Assembly (NCBI GenBank): GCA_034521595.1
Contig: JAXHMG010000003.1
Coordinates: 2,240,001-2,304,000, forward strand
Direction: 5' to 3'
Origin: Gemmatimonadota bacterium
GTDB taxonomy: Bacteria > Gemmatimonadota > Gemmatimonadetes > Longimicrobiales > Gaopeijiaceae
DNA: 64,000 bases
Position numbers and translations under genes: made by a program. Every line of letters starts with the position of its first letter. Positions within the stretch are counted from its first letter, which is position 1. Of this stretch, positions 17,495 through 26,403 are shown in pieces. Below the pieces are notes generated by a model. The model was not told the DNA's origin. It ran no database searches and saw only the letters and a program-made list of their open reading frames with translations.

Positions 17495-18799
17495 CTAGAG
17501 CAGGCCGGCGAGCATCGTGGCGATCCCCAGGAAGCTCGCGAACCCGACGATGTCGGTGACGGTCGTCAGCACGATCGAGGACGACTGCGCGGGGTCCTGC
17601 CCGAGCATCGTCAGCATCGTGGGGATGAGCACCCCCGCGATTCCCGCGGCCACCATGGACAGCACCATCGAGACACCGATCACCAGCGCGAGCCCCACCG
17701 ATCGGCTCCAGACGTAGACACCGGCGGCGGTGGTGAGCGACACGGCCACCCCATTCAGCAGCCCGACCGTCGCCTCCTTGCGCAAGAGCCGCGGCCATTG
17801 ACCGATGCGGATCTCCCGCATGGCCAGCCCGCGCATCGTAACGGCCAGCGCCTGCGCGCCCGTGTTACCCGACTGCCCCGCCACGACGGGCAGCAGCACG
17901 GCGAGCGCGGTGAAGCGCGCGATGGTGTCCTCGAAGATCCCGACCACGGATGCGGCCAGGAACGCCGTCACGAGGTTGATTTCGAGCCAAGGCAGGCGCT
18001 TCTTGACCGCGAACAACACCGGTGACAGCGCGCGCTCCTGTCGGCTGGCGCCCACCATGGTCTGCATATCGGCGGCGACGTCCTCCTGCGCCGTCAGGGC
18101 AAGGGTATCGGCGCGGATGACGCCGAGCAGACGCCCCTCGAAATCCACCACCGGCAGGCTCGAAAGCCGCCTCTTGCTGAAGTGCTCGACGACCTCCTCC
18201 TGAGGATCGATCGCCTGCACCGCGACCGCAGGCTGGGCGAGCGTCTCCACGACCGCGTCGGATGAGGCGGCGGCCAGTGCTTGCAGCGGAACGGTTCCCG
18301 TCAGGCGTCGCTCCGAATCGATCAGGAAGACGTCGGCGACTCGGCGCTTCCGCACGGCACGCAGGCGGTCGAGCGCCTGTTGCACCGTGGTTCCCGGGGC
18401 GAGACCGATCGCGCGCGGGTCCATGAGCCGTCCCGCCGTTTCGGGCGGGTAGTCGGCCATCATCCGCAGCTCGCGGGCGAGCGAGGGGGCGAGGCGGTCG
18501 AGCAACGCGGCCCGCGCCGCTTCGTCCATCCAACCGAGCACGGAGACGGCTCGGACGGGGTCCATCGTGGCCACGACATCACGCCGGGAGTCTTCCGAGA
18601 GCGCGCCGAGAACGTCCACGGCGAGGTGCGGAGGCAGGTGCTCCAGCAGAGGAACGGCGTGTCGCGTGGGCTCGGTGCTCAGAACGCCCGCGATCTCGTG
18701 CGCCGGAAGCTCGTCGAGGCGGTCCGCCGCCTCCTCGGGAAACTCGCGGATGAAGGTCCCCGCCAACTCTTGAAACCCCGCGGGTGGCTCATTCCGCAT
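17495..18799 (-). CDS. mgtE: Magnesium transporter MgtE
   Basis: MgtE_N, YPPETAGRLM, CBS pair, KRLPWLEINL, GQSGNTGAQ, DPAQSS...TTVTDIVG. Confidence 0.93.
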   Translation of the reverse strand: MRNEPPAGFQELAGTFIREFPEEAADRLDELPAHEIAGVLSTEPTRHAVPLLEHLPPHLAVDVLGALSEDSRRDVVATMDPVRAVSVLGWMDEAARAALLDRLAPSLARELRMMADYPPETAGRLMDPRAIGLAPGTTVQQALDRLRAVRKRRVADVFLIDSERRLTGTVPLQALAAASSDAVVETLAQPAVAVQAIDPQEEVVEHFSKRRLSSLPVVDFEGRLLGVIRADTLALTAQEDVAADMQTMVGASRQERALSPVLFAVKKRLPWLEINLVTAFLAASVVGIFEDTIARFTALAVLLPVVAGQSGNTGAQALAVTMRGLAMREIRIGQWPRLLRKEATVGLLNGVAVSLTTAAGVYVWSRSVGLALVIGVSMVLSMVAAGIAGVLIPTMLTMLGQDPAQSSSIVLTTVTDIVGFASFLGIATMLAGLL

Positions 18800-19661
18800 G
18801 CGTCACCTCGTCTCCCGATTCGATAGGGCGGTCGAGACCCCGGCCGACGGACGCCGTCCCGGAGATGGCAGCGACGATCCCGGTGGTTCCGAGTTGGAAG
18901 ATCTCCGCGAGCGCCTTCGCGGTGAGCCGCGCAGAATCGCCCCCCTGGTCGGGAGCTTGCCTTTCGAGCTTGCGCAACACCTGGTAGCGGATGGCGCCCA
19001 CCAGCCGATCCTCGTCGTCGACGACCGGCATGGCATGGTAGCGCTGCCAGCCGGGGTGCTCCCGCACGATCGCGGCCGGCAGCCACGCGCTGAGGCGATC
19101 GACGTCGCGGTGCATGACGGCGCTGACCGGATCGCGCGCCCGGGCCAGCATCAGCTCGGGAATGTCGAGCACGCCGACGAGCCGGTTGTCGCGGTCGACG
19201 ACGTAGAGATAGTAGAGGAGATCCCGAGCGGCCCGACCGAGGCGGACGCGCGCATCCGCCACGAGCACGTCGTGGGGGAGCCGGAAGATCGTCGGGTCCA
19301 TCACCGCGCCGGCGGTGCCCTCGAGGTAGGAAAGCACGCGCGTGATCGGCTCGCGTACGTCCGCGGGAAGACCGGCCAACAGAGGCTCACGCCACGCGGC
19401 CCCGAGCCCCCGCACGATCGCGCCCGCTTCGTTCGCGGTCAGCTCCGCGACGATCGCGGCCCCGTCCGGAACCGAAAGATGCTCGAGACAATCGGATGCG
19501 CTCGGCACCGTCATTTCGCGCAGCACCGCCGCGGCCGAAGGCTCCGGAACGGCACGCAATACCGTAGCGGCCGTCGGCGCCGGCATCTGCTCGAGCTTCC
19601 GTGCGGCCCGACGAGGGTGCGACTCCAGGAACGCGCGGGCGAGGAGGTCGACCCCGATCAC
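18789..19661 (-). CDS. MgtE intracellular N-domain plus CBS-pair protein (no full transport domain)
   Basis: Helical repeats, YLEGTAGAVM, YLYVVDRDNRLVG, MPVVDDEDRLVG. Confidence 0.8.
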   Translation of the reverse strand: MIGVDLLARAFLESHPRRAARKLEQMPAPTAATVLRAVPEPSAAAVLREMTVPSASDCLEHLSVPDGAAIVAELTANEAGAIVRGLGAAWREPLLAGLPADVREPITRVLSYLEGTAGAVMDPTIFRLPHDVLVADARVRLGRAARDLLYYLYVVDRDNRLVGVLDIPELMLARARDPVSAVMHRDVDRLSAWLPAAIVREHPGWQRYHAMPVVDDEDRLVGAIRYQVLRKLERQAPDQGGDSARLTAKALAEIFQLGTTGIVAAISGTASVGRGLDRPIESGDEVTHAE

Positions 19662-20452
19662 GAGCCGTCCCTCGCCAGCAGCAGTGTCGAGTTCATCTCG
19701 CCGAACTGCTTCGCGGGCACGATCACCCGACCTTCAGCCACTTCGAGGACCACGGCGTTGCCCGTGAACTCGACGATCGTGCCCTCGACGCCTCCGATGC
19801 GCACCGACTGCCCGATCTCGAACGTCTGCCGCAGGTAGTGCGAGCCGATGATGTTGCTGATCGCGGTGCGGGCGCCAAGACCGAACGCGAGCGCGAAACC
19901 GCCGAAGAACGCCGCGAGGGAGACGGAAAAGATCGCGGTCAGGAGCGCGATATCCACTCCCAACCCGGCCACCGCGATCAAGACCGCGGCGGTGATGATC
20001 GTGGCACGGACGACCTGACCGAGACCGGGGCCGAACGCCGCGCCCGCGCCCACCGCGGTGGCGGTTACGGCGCTGCGGGCGATGTTCCCCATCACCAGGC
20101 CCGCCACGAGGATCAGCACCGCGGCCAGCACACGCGGCACGAAAACCGACAGGCTGTCGACGACGGACGTCAGGAGTGCGAGCCCGAGGGCATCCGCCGC
20201 GTTCGCCACGAAAAAGAGCAGGACCGTCCAGAATACCACCGCGCCCACGATACGGGAGGCGGCCTGTTCCTCCGTGGCGCCCCAAAACGAGGTGCGGAAC
20301 CAGCGCCCCGGAACCGCACGCTCCACCGCCGAAATGACTCGGACCGTCAAGGTCCGCAGCAGGAACGCGAGCAGCACGCCGACGGCGAGCAGGATGACGG
20401 CGGTGATCAGATTCGACTGGTTCGCCGCGAGCCAGGGTCCGATGTTCTCCAT
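19658..20452 (-). CDS. Small-conductance mechanosensitive channel (MscS family, TM-helix repeat type)
   Basis: Multiple TMs, ALAFGLGARTAISNIIG, FEIGQSVRIGGVEGTI, VIVP. Confidence 0.85.
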   Translation of the reverse strand: MENIGPWLAANQSNLITAVILLAVGVLLAFLLRTLTVRVISAVERAVPGRWFRTSFWGATEEQAASRIVGAVVFWTVLLFFVANAADALGLALLTSVVDSLSVFVPRVLAAVLILVAGLVMGNIARSAVTATAVGAGAAFGPGLGQVVRATIITAAVLIAVAGLGVDIALLTAIFSVSLAAFFGGFALAFGLGARTAISNIIGSHYLRQTFEIGQSVRIGGVEGTIVEFTGNAVVLEVAEGRVIVPAKQFGEMNSTLLLARDGS

Positions 20453-20494
20453 GAATGGCAACTCGTTGGTGAGGAGCAGGCCGCGCGCCGGGGC

Positions 20495-21277
20495 TCACAA
20501 CCCCGCGAACGCCCCCAGGTCTTGGAGCTCGGGCGAGTCCCGCACGTCGAGCACCACGGCGTCGTCGGGGAGAGGATCCCCGAAGGCCAGGCGGAGGATC
20601 GCCGGGGCGGGTGACTCGGCGTCGAGGAGCTCGCCGGATGAATGCAGCTCACGGAAGCGCTCGACGTCCGGGAAGTCCTGCTCGCTCTGGCGGCGAATGA
20701 GCTCCTGCATGCCGGTCTCGATCACGCCCGGGGCGAGCGCGTAGGCACGGATTCCGTGTGGACGCTCCTCTCGGGCGGTCACGCGGGTGAGCATGTCCAC
20801 CGCGGCCTTCCCGGCGCAGTAGGCACCCCACCCCTCGATGGGATGCACCGCCGCGCCCGATGAAATGTTGACGACCGTGCCCGTGCGCCGGGCGGCGTGG
20901 AGGCGCTCGAGATAGATGCGCGTCCCATGGAAGACACCGAGCAGATTGACCTCGACGTGCGTGCGCACATCATCCGGCCCAATCTCTCGCACCGGTCCGA
21001 TGGGGTCGAGGAGTCCCGCGTTATTCACCCAGAGGTCGATCGGCCCGAGACGCTCCTCGGCTTCGGAGGCGAAACGGCTCAGCGCCTCGTAATCCGTGAC
21101 GTCCACGTGTCCGTAGTGGATGCGCTCGGGGTCGTCGGGGAGTTCTCCGGCGTCCGGATCCGATCTCGCGCAGAGGGCGAGCTTCAGTCCGTGGCGGTGA
21201 CAGACCCGGGCCAGGCCGGCACCGATGCCTCGGCTCGCGCCCGTGACGAGGGCGACGCGGTCACGCAGCGTATCCAT
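20495..21277 (-). CDS. SDR family oxidoreductase (benzil/sepiapterin reductase-like)
   Basis: TGASRGIG, NNAG, NISSGAA, YCAGK; GGAGG RBS before ATG 21277. Confidence 0.9.
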   Translation of the reverse strand: MDTLRDRVALVTGASRGIGAGLARVCHRHGLKLALCARSDPDAGELPDDPERIHYGHVDVTDYEALSRFASEAEERLGPIDLWVNNAGLLDPIGPVREIGPDDVRTHVEVNLLGVFHGTRIYLERLHAARRTGTVVNISSGAAVHPIEGWGAYCAGKAAVDMLTRVTAREERPHGIRAYALAPGVIETGMQELIRRQSEQDFPDVERFRELHSSGELLDAESPAPAILRLAFGDPLPDDAVVLDVRDSPELQDLGAFAGL

Positions 21278-21320
21278 TGAATCCTCCATTCTTCCTTGCT
21301 CGACGTCGAAGGCCCGGCGA

Positions 21321-22118
21321 CTACTCGGCCGCGTTGAGCTTCCCCGCGACGCGCGCGCTGAAGCCCCGCGGTGTGAAACGCACCAGGAACGCACCGAGCT
21401 TGTTCATCGTGCCGGGGATCACGATCCGCCGCCCGGCCGTGAAGCCCCGGTAGCCCGCTTCGGCCACCGCGTCCGCTGTCGTCATCGGTACCGCGCCGGT
21501 GGCGATGCCCGCTTCACCCATGTCCGCGCTCCCCTGGAAGCCGGTGGGCACGGGTCCGGGACAGAGGACGGTGACGGTGACGCCCTGACGTCTCACTTCC
21601 TCGGCGATCGCCTCGGAGAAGTGGAGAACGTACGCCTTGCTCGCGTAGTAGACGGCCATGAGCGGGCCCGGTTGGAAGGCGGCCGTGGAGGCGACCTGCA
21701 GCACGCCGCCGCGTCCACGCTCGACCATGCCGGGGAGGAACAGCCGAGTCATGCGAGTGAGCGCCTCGATGTTCACGCGGATCATGCCGATCTCACGGTC
21801 GAGGTCCTGCTCGTGGAACGGACCGTGGCTCCCGAAGCCGGCATTGTTGACGAGGATGTCCACGTCGATCCCGGCTTCGGCGAGCTCCTGCCGGATCGTC
21901 TCGGGCACGTCCGGGCGGGCCAGGTCCCCGGCAATCACCCGCGCCGAGACGCCGTGCTCGACTTCGAGCTCGCGCGCACGCTCCCCGAGCTCGTCCACGC
22001 TCCGGGCGGTGAGCACCAGATCGTGCCCGTGCCGGGCGAATACTCGGGCCAGGGCGAGCCCGATGCCCCGAGACGCCCCCGTGATCAGAACTCGCCCGCC
22101 GTCGCTCGCTGGATTCAT
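21321..22118 (-). CDS. SDR family oxidoreductase (DltE-like)
   Basis: TGASRGIG, LVNNAGFG, VASTAAFQPGP, YYASK. Confidence 0.92.
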   Translation of the reverse strand: MNPASDGGRVLITGASRGIGLALARVFARHGHDLVLTARSVDELGERARELEVEHGVSARVIAGDLARPDVPETIRQELAEAGIDVDILVNNAGFGSHGPFHEQDLDREIGMIRVNIEALTRMTRLFLPGMVERGRGGVLQVASTAAFQPGPLMAVYYASKAYVLHFSEAIAEEVRRQGVTVTVLCPGPVPTGFQGSADMGEAGIATGAVPMTTADAVAEAGYRGFTAGRRIVIPGTMNKLGAFLVRFTPRGFSARVAGKLNAAE

Positions 22119-22187
22119 CGCCGTCCCCTCCACCGTGTTCTCGGCACGTGCACCTCGTGACTCGGTGACTCGTTCGAGGCTTCTGGT

Positions 22188-23114
22188 CTAGACCCCCACC
22201 TTCTCTCCCAGCTCGGCGGCGGCCAGGATGCGGCGAATCTCTCCGCTGCGCTCCTCCGACACCGGGGAGAGCGGGGCCCGGGGCTGTCCTCCGTGCAGGC
22301 CGAGGAGGTCCAGAGCGGCCTTCACGCCGGGCACCCCCATGCCGCCCACGATCTGGTCGTGGACCGGAGCGATACGCTCCTGGAGGCGGCCGGCGTCCTC
22401 GAGCCGGCCGTCCCCGAAAGCGGCCGAGATCTCCGCGGCCTCCGCACAGGCCATCAGCCCCACCGCAACGATGCCCCCCACGGCACCGATCTCGAGCCCA
22501 CCGTAAAGGATCGCCCCGCTTCCGACCAACACCTGGAAGTCGTCCGCGGTCTCTTCCACCAACTCCCCGACGAGCTCCAACTTTCCACGGGAATCCTTGA
22601 TCCCCACGATATTGTCGTGCCGAGAAAGCTCGGCGACGAGCCCCGTCGGAAGCTCCAAGGTGCTGAGCCGAAGAGGGACCTGATAGACCATCACCGGAAC
22701 CGGCGACGCATCGGCCACCGTGCGGTAGTGCCGGGCCAACGCCTCGGGAGTCATCGCCCCCTTGTAGTACGCCGGCGGGCTCACGAGAACCGCATCGGCT
22801 CCGGCGGCGGCCGCCTCTCGAGTGAGGCGGATCGCCTGGCGAGTGGATTCGGCACCGGTCCCCGCGATGAGCAGCGCGTCGGCCGGAATGACGTCCCGCG
22901 CCGCTTCCACGAGGGTGACCCGTTCGGGGTCGTCCAGGAACACGGACTCCCCGGTCGAGCCGGCGGTCAGGATGCCCCGGATGGGCCGCTCGAACCAATG
23001 CCGGAGATTGGTCCGGTAGGCGACGACGTCGAAGTCGCCGGTCACTGGGTCGAACGGGGTGGTGACGGGCAAGAACGTCCCGCCGAGGTCGATTCTCTCG
23101 ATCTTACCGCTCAC
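22188..23114 (-). CDS. Dihydrodipicolinate synthase (DapA) family aldolase
   Basis: TTPF, GSTGE, YQVP, GIKDS; substrate not determinable. Confidence 0.88.
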   Translation of the reverse strand: MSGKIERIDLGGTFLPVTTPFDPVTGDFDVVAYRTNLRHWFERPIRGILTAGSTGESVFLDDPERVTLVEAARDVIPADALLIAGTGAESTRQAIRLTREAAAAGADAVLVSPPAYYKGAMTPEALARHYRTVADASPVPVMVYQVPLRLSTLELPTGLVAELSRHDNIVGIKDSRGKLELVGELVEETADDFQVLVGSGAILYGGLEIGAVGGIVAVGLMACAEAAEISAAFGDGRLEDAGRLQERIAPVHDQIVGGMGVPGVKAALDLLGLHGGQPRAPLSPVSEERSGEIRRILAAAELGEKVGV

Positions 23115-23118
23115 GCGC

Positions 23119-24252
23119 TCAGCCTCCGGCCAATCGTGTCATCTCGTCTTCGAGCCCGGTCGTTCCGGGCACGTCGCGGCTCTGTCCCGAGTCGCCCAAC
23201 ATGTTCATCTTGAGGTCGAAGTCCGCGGGGTTGTTCGCCGCGGCCTTGGCGACCTCGAAGTCCACCTCGCCCGAGCTCACCAATTCCATGAGGTGCTGGT
23301 CGAAGGTCTGCGAGCCGTAGTGCTCCTTCCCCTCCTCGATGAGATCGCTGATGTCGTCCATCCGGTCCGGATCACGAATGCAGTCTCGGATCGTGGAGGT
23401 GACGGGCATGATCTCCATCGCGGCCACGCGTCCCCCGTCCTTGCGCTGGACGAGTCGCTGAGAGATCACCGCCTGAATGGACTCGGACAGCCGCACGCGA
23501 ATCATCTCCTGCTCGTTCGGATCGAACACGGCGATGATCCGCGACATGGTCTGTACCGCGTTCTTCGTGTGCAGGGTCGAGATCACGAGGTGGCCCGTCT
23601 CGGCCGCCTTGAGCGCCGTCTCGATGGTCACCTTGTCGCGCATCTCACCAATCAGAATCACATCGGGGTCCTGACGCAGCACGGCGCGCAGCCCGGTCTC
23701 GAACGAGTCCGTGTCGGTTCCGATGTCCCGCTGCGTGATCGAGGACATGTTGTCCCGGTGCAGGAACTCGATCGGGTTTTCGAGCGTCACGATATGCAAC
23801 CGGCGATTCCGGTTCATCCAGTCGATCATGGCCGCCTGAGTCGAGCTCTTCCCCGAGCCCGTGACTCCGGTCACCAGGATCATGCCCCGACGGGTCGCCG
23901 CGATGCGGTTGATCACCGGTGGCAATCCGAGGTCCTCGACGGTGGGGATCTCGATCGGGATCGCCCGCATGACGATCATCGGCGAGCCCCGCTGCTTCAT
24001 GATGTTGACGCGGAACCGCCCCACGCCCGGGATGCCCCAGGAGCAGTCGTAGTCGAGCAGCCGGTCGAAATCGCGCCGTTCTTCGTCATGAGGGATGAGC
24101 TGGAGCGCGATGCCCTTGACCTGATCGACGGTGAGCTTCTGCTGCGTGAGCGTCTGAAGATCACCGTTCACCCGAGCGCGGATGTAGTCCCCGGCCTTGA
24201 TGTGGATATCGCTCGCGCCTCGTTCGACGGCGGCCTTGAACAGCTCCTGCAT
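23119..24252 (-). CDS. pilT: PilT/PilU family type IV pilus retraction ATPase
   Basis: ASDIH, RFRVN, GVTGSGKS, LENPIEF, LRQDPDVILIGEMRD, AETGHLVISTLHT. Confidence 0.92.
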   Translation of the reverse strand: MQELFKAAVERGASDIHIKAGDYIRARVNGDLQTLTQQKLTVDQVKGIALQLIPHDEERRDFDRLLDYDCSWGIPGVGRFRVNIMKQRGSPMIVMRAIPIEIPTVEDLGLPPVINRIAATRRGMILVTGVTGSGKSSTQAAMIDWMNRNRRLHIVTLENPIEFLHRDNMSSITQRDIGTDTDSFETGLRAVLRQDPDVILIGEMRDKVTIETALKAAETGHLVISTLHTKNAVQTMSRIIAVFDPNEQEMIRVRLSESIQAVISQRLVQRKDGGRVAAMEIMPVTSTIRDCIRDPDRMDDISDLIEEGKEHYGSQTFDQHLMELVSSGEVDFEVAKAAANNPADFDLKMNMLGDSGQSRDVPGTTGLEDEMTRLAGG

Positions 24253-24391
24253 TCCGACCTCCCCTCCGTGACTCGGTGAACTTGGAACCTAGCGAACGGA
24301 GGGAAGCCACGCGATCACCCGAACGTCGCCGATCACCGCGGGCGCATGTGGCCGACCGGCACGGGTGCGCCCTTCGGCGAGCCCGATCCGC

Positions 24392-25414
24392 TCACTCGTC
24401 CAGCGCGCTCCGCCAGTCGAGCCCCATGTTCGCCCGGACCTCCGCCATCGTCCGCTCCGCCATCTCCCGTGCACGAACCGCGCCTTCGTCGAGGATTCGG
24501 CGTACTTCCTCCGGTCGGCGCCGGAATTCCGCCGCACGCTCCCGAAACGGCGCGAACGCCGACGCGATGTTTTCTGCGAGGATCTTCTTGCAGTCCACGC
24601 ACCCTCTCGTGGCGCCCCGGCACTGGACGGCGATGTCCTCGAGCTGCTCCTCGTCGGCGAAAAAGCGGTGGAGCGAGAAGACGTTGCACATCTCGGGACG
24701 GCCCGGATCGTCACGTCGCACCCGTTGGGGATCGGTGACGGCCGTGCGCACGCGCTCCCATATCTCTTCGGGCTCGGCGAGGATTCCGACCGTGTTGCCG
24801 AGGGACTTGCTCATCTTCGCCTCGCCGTCGAGCCCGAGGATGCGCCCCACGTCCCGGTCGATGAGCGCCTCGGTCTCGGGGAAGGTGTCGCCGTAGCGCG
24901 CGTTGAATTTCCGCGCGATCTCTCGCGTGAGCTCGAGGTGCTGCCGCTGATCCTCGCCCACCGGCACGGCGTCCGCCTTGTACAACAGGATGTCCGCGGC
25001 CTGGAGAATCGGATAGTTGAGAATGCCAGCCGGGATGGAGTCGAACTGCTGTGCCTTGTCCTTGTACTGCGTCATCCGTTCGAGGTCGCCGACCGGCGTG
25101 ATCGCGTTGAAGAGCCAGGCGAGCTCGGTGTGCTGGGGCACGTCGGACTGCACGAAGATGAGGGACCGTTCGGGGTCGAGCCCGACCGCCAGGAACGACA
25201 CCGCGAGATCGAAGACGTTCTTGGGCATCTCGCTGGGATCCCCGCCCGCAGTGATCGCGTGATCATCCACGATGCAAAAGATGCAGTCGTGCTTCTCCTG
25301 CATCTCCACCCAACGGCGTAGCGCGCCCAGATAGTTTCCGAGGTGGGCTTCGCCGGAAGGCTGCATTCCACTGAACACTCGCTTTTTTCGGCCGCCCGAC
25401 GTCGACTCCGGCAT
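24392..25414 (-). CDS. trpS: Tryptophan--tRNA ligase
   Basis: FSGMQPSG, HLGNYLG, YPILQAADIL, VPVGEDQ, KMSKS. Confidence 0.98.
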   Translation of the reverse strand: MPESTSGGRKKRVFSGMQPSGEAHLGNYLGALRRWVEMQEKHDCIFCIVDDHAITAGGDPSEMPKNVFDLAVSFLAVGLDPERSLIFVQSDVPQHTELAWLFNAITPVGDLERMTQYKDKAQQFDSIPAGILNYPILQAADILLYKADAVPVGEDQRQHLELTREIARKFNARYGDTFPETEALIDRDVGRILGLDGEAKMSKSLGNTVGILAEPEEIWERVRTAVTDPQRVRRDDPGRPEMCNVFSLHRFFADEEQLEDIAVQCRGATRGCVDCKKILAENIASAFAPFRERAAEFRRRPEEVRRILDEGAVRAREMAERTMAEVRANMGLDWRSALDE

Positions 25415-25528
25415 GCGCTCCGTTCCCTTCGCCTGGTCCGTGTTTCGAGGGCTGCTAAGTTAGCGTCCCGCTCCACGGCACGGCACCCGTGGAGGCGCCC
25501 AATCTACCCCAATCCCGACGAGCTACCC

Positions 25529-26338
25529 GTGCACCGACTGCTCGAGACCGCCCGCGCGGCCGCCGACGCCGCGACACACGTCCACCGCCGAGACTTCGGG
25601 GCCGGCCTCGCCAGCGCCACCCGGAAGGCCCGCGCGGACTACGTCTCCCGTACCGACCTCGACGCTCAGGAGGCGGCCCTCGACGTGATCCGCCGCAGGC
25701 ATCCCGACCACCTGATCCTCGCCGAGGAGAGCGACGAGAGCGTGGCCACCCAACTCGCTCGCTGGGACGGCCGGCCGCTCTGGATCGTCGACCCGCTCGA
25801 CGGTACGGCGAACTACCTGCACGGCCATCCCATGCACGCGGCCTCGGTGGCGGTGGCCGTCGACGGCGCGCCCGCGGCGGGGGTGGTGGCGTGCGGATCC
25901 ACCGGCGAGCGGTGGTGGGCGGCGCGTGGGATGGGGACGTTCAAGAACGGCCGCCGCGTGACCGTATCCGAGCCCTGCCCGCTGATCGATGCGCTGGTCG
26001 GCACGGGCTTCCCGTTCAAGCGGCTGGATTTGCTCCCCGACTACCTCGGGCAGTTCGAGCGAGTGCTCCGGTCGGCCTCCGGAATCCGGCGGGGGGGATC
26101 CGCCGCTCTGGACCTCGCGTACCTCGCGCAGGGCGCCCTCGACGTCTTCTGGGAAGAGATCCTCATGCCGTGGGATTTCGCCGCCGGCATGGTCCTCATC
26201 CAGGAAGCGGGAGGGATCGTGACGGGCGTCGGTGGGGACGAGCCGACGTTGACGGAGGGACCGCTCCGCGCGGCCAACAGCCCGCGCCTCCTCGACGAGC
26301 TGAACGCAGTCCTGGGCACCACCGCCGACGCGGACTAG
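25529..26338 (+). CDS. suhB: Inositol monophosphatase family protein (SuhB-like); start approximate
   Basis: ILAEE, WIVDPLDGTANY, RRGGSAALDL, PWDFAAG. Confidence 0.88.
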   Translation: MHRLLETARAAADAATHVHRRDFGAGLASATRKARADYVSRTDLDAQEAALDVIRRRHPDHLILAEESDESVATQLARWDGRPLWIVDPLDGTANYLHGHPMHAASVAVAVDGAPAAGVVACGSTGERWWAARGMGTFKNGRRVTVSEPCPLIDALVGTGFPFKRLDLLPDYLGQFERVLRSASGIRRGGSAALDLAYLAQGALDVFWEEILMPWDFAAGMVLIQEAGGIVTGVGGDEPTLTEGPLRAANSPRLLDELNAVLGTTADAD

Positions 26339-26403
26339 CACCCCCGTGCCGTGGGGGGCCTCCTACGAGCGCGGACGCTCCTCGACAACTCCGGGTGGGC
26401 CAT

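Noticed and set aside
15542-18025. 827-aa and other long alternative-frame or antisense ORFs (for example 34786-37494, 58304-60595, 33813-35669)
   Set aside because: Arg/Pro/Gly-rich shadow frames of real genes, expected at this GC content; no motifs.
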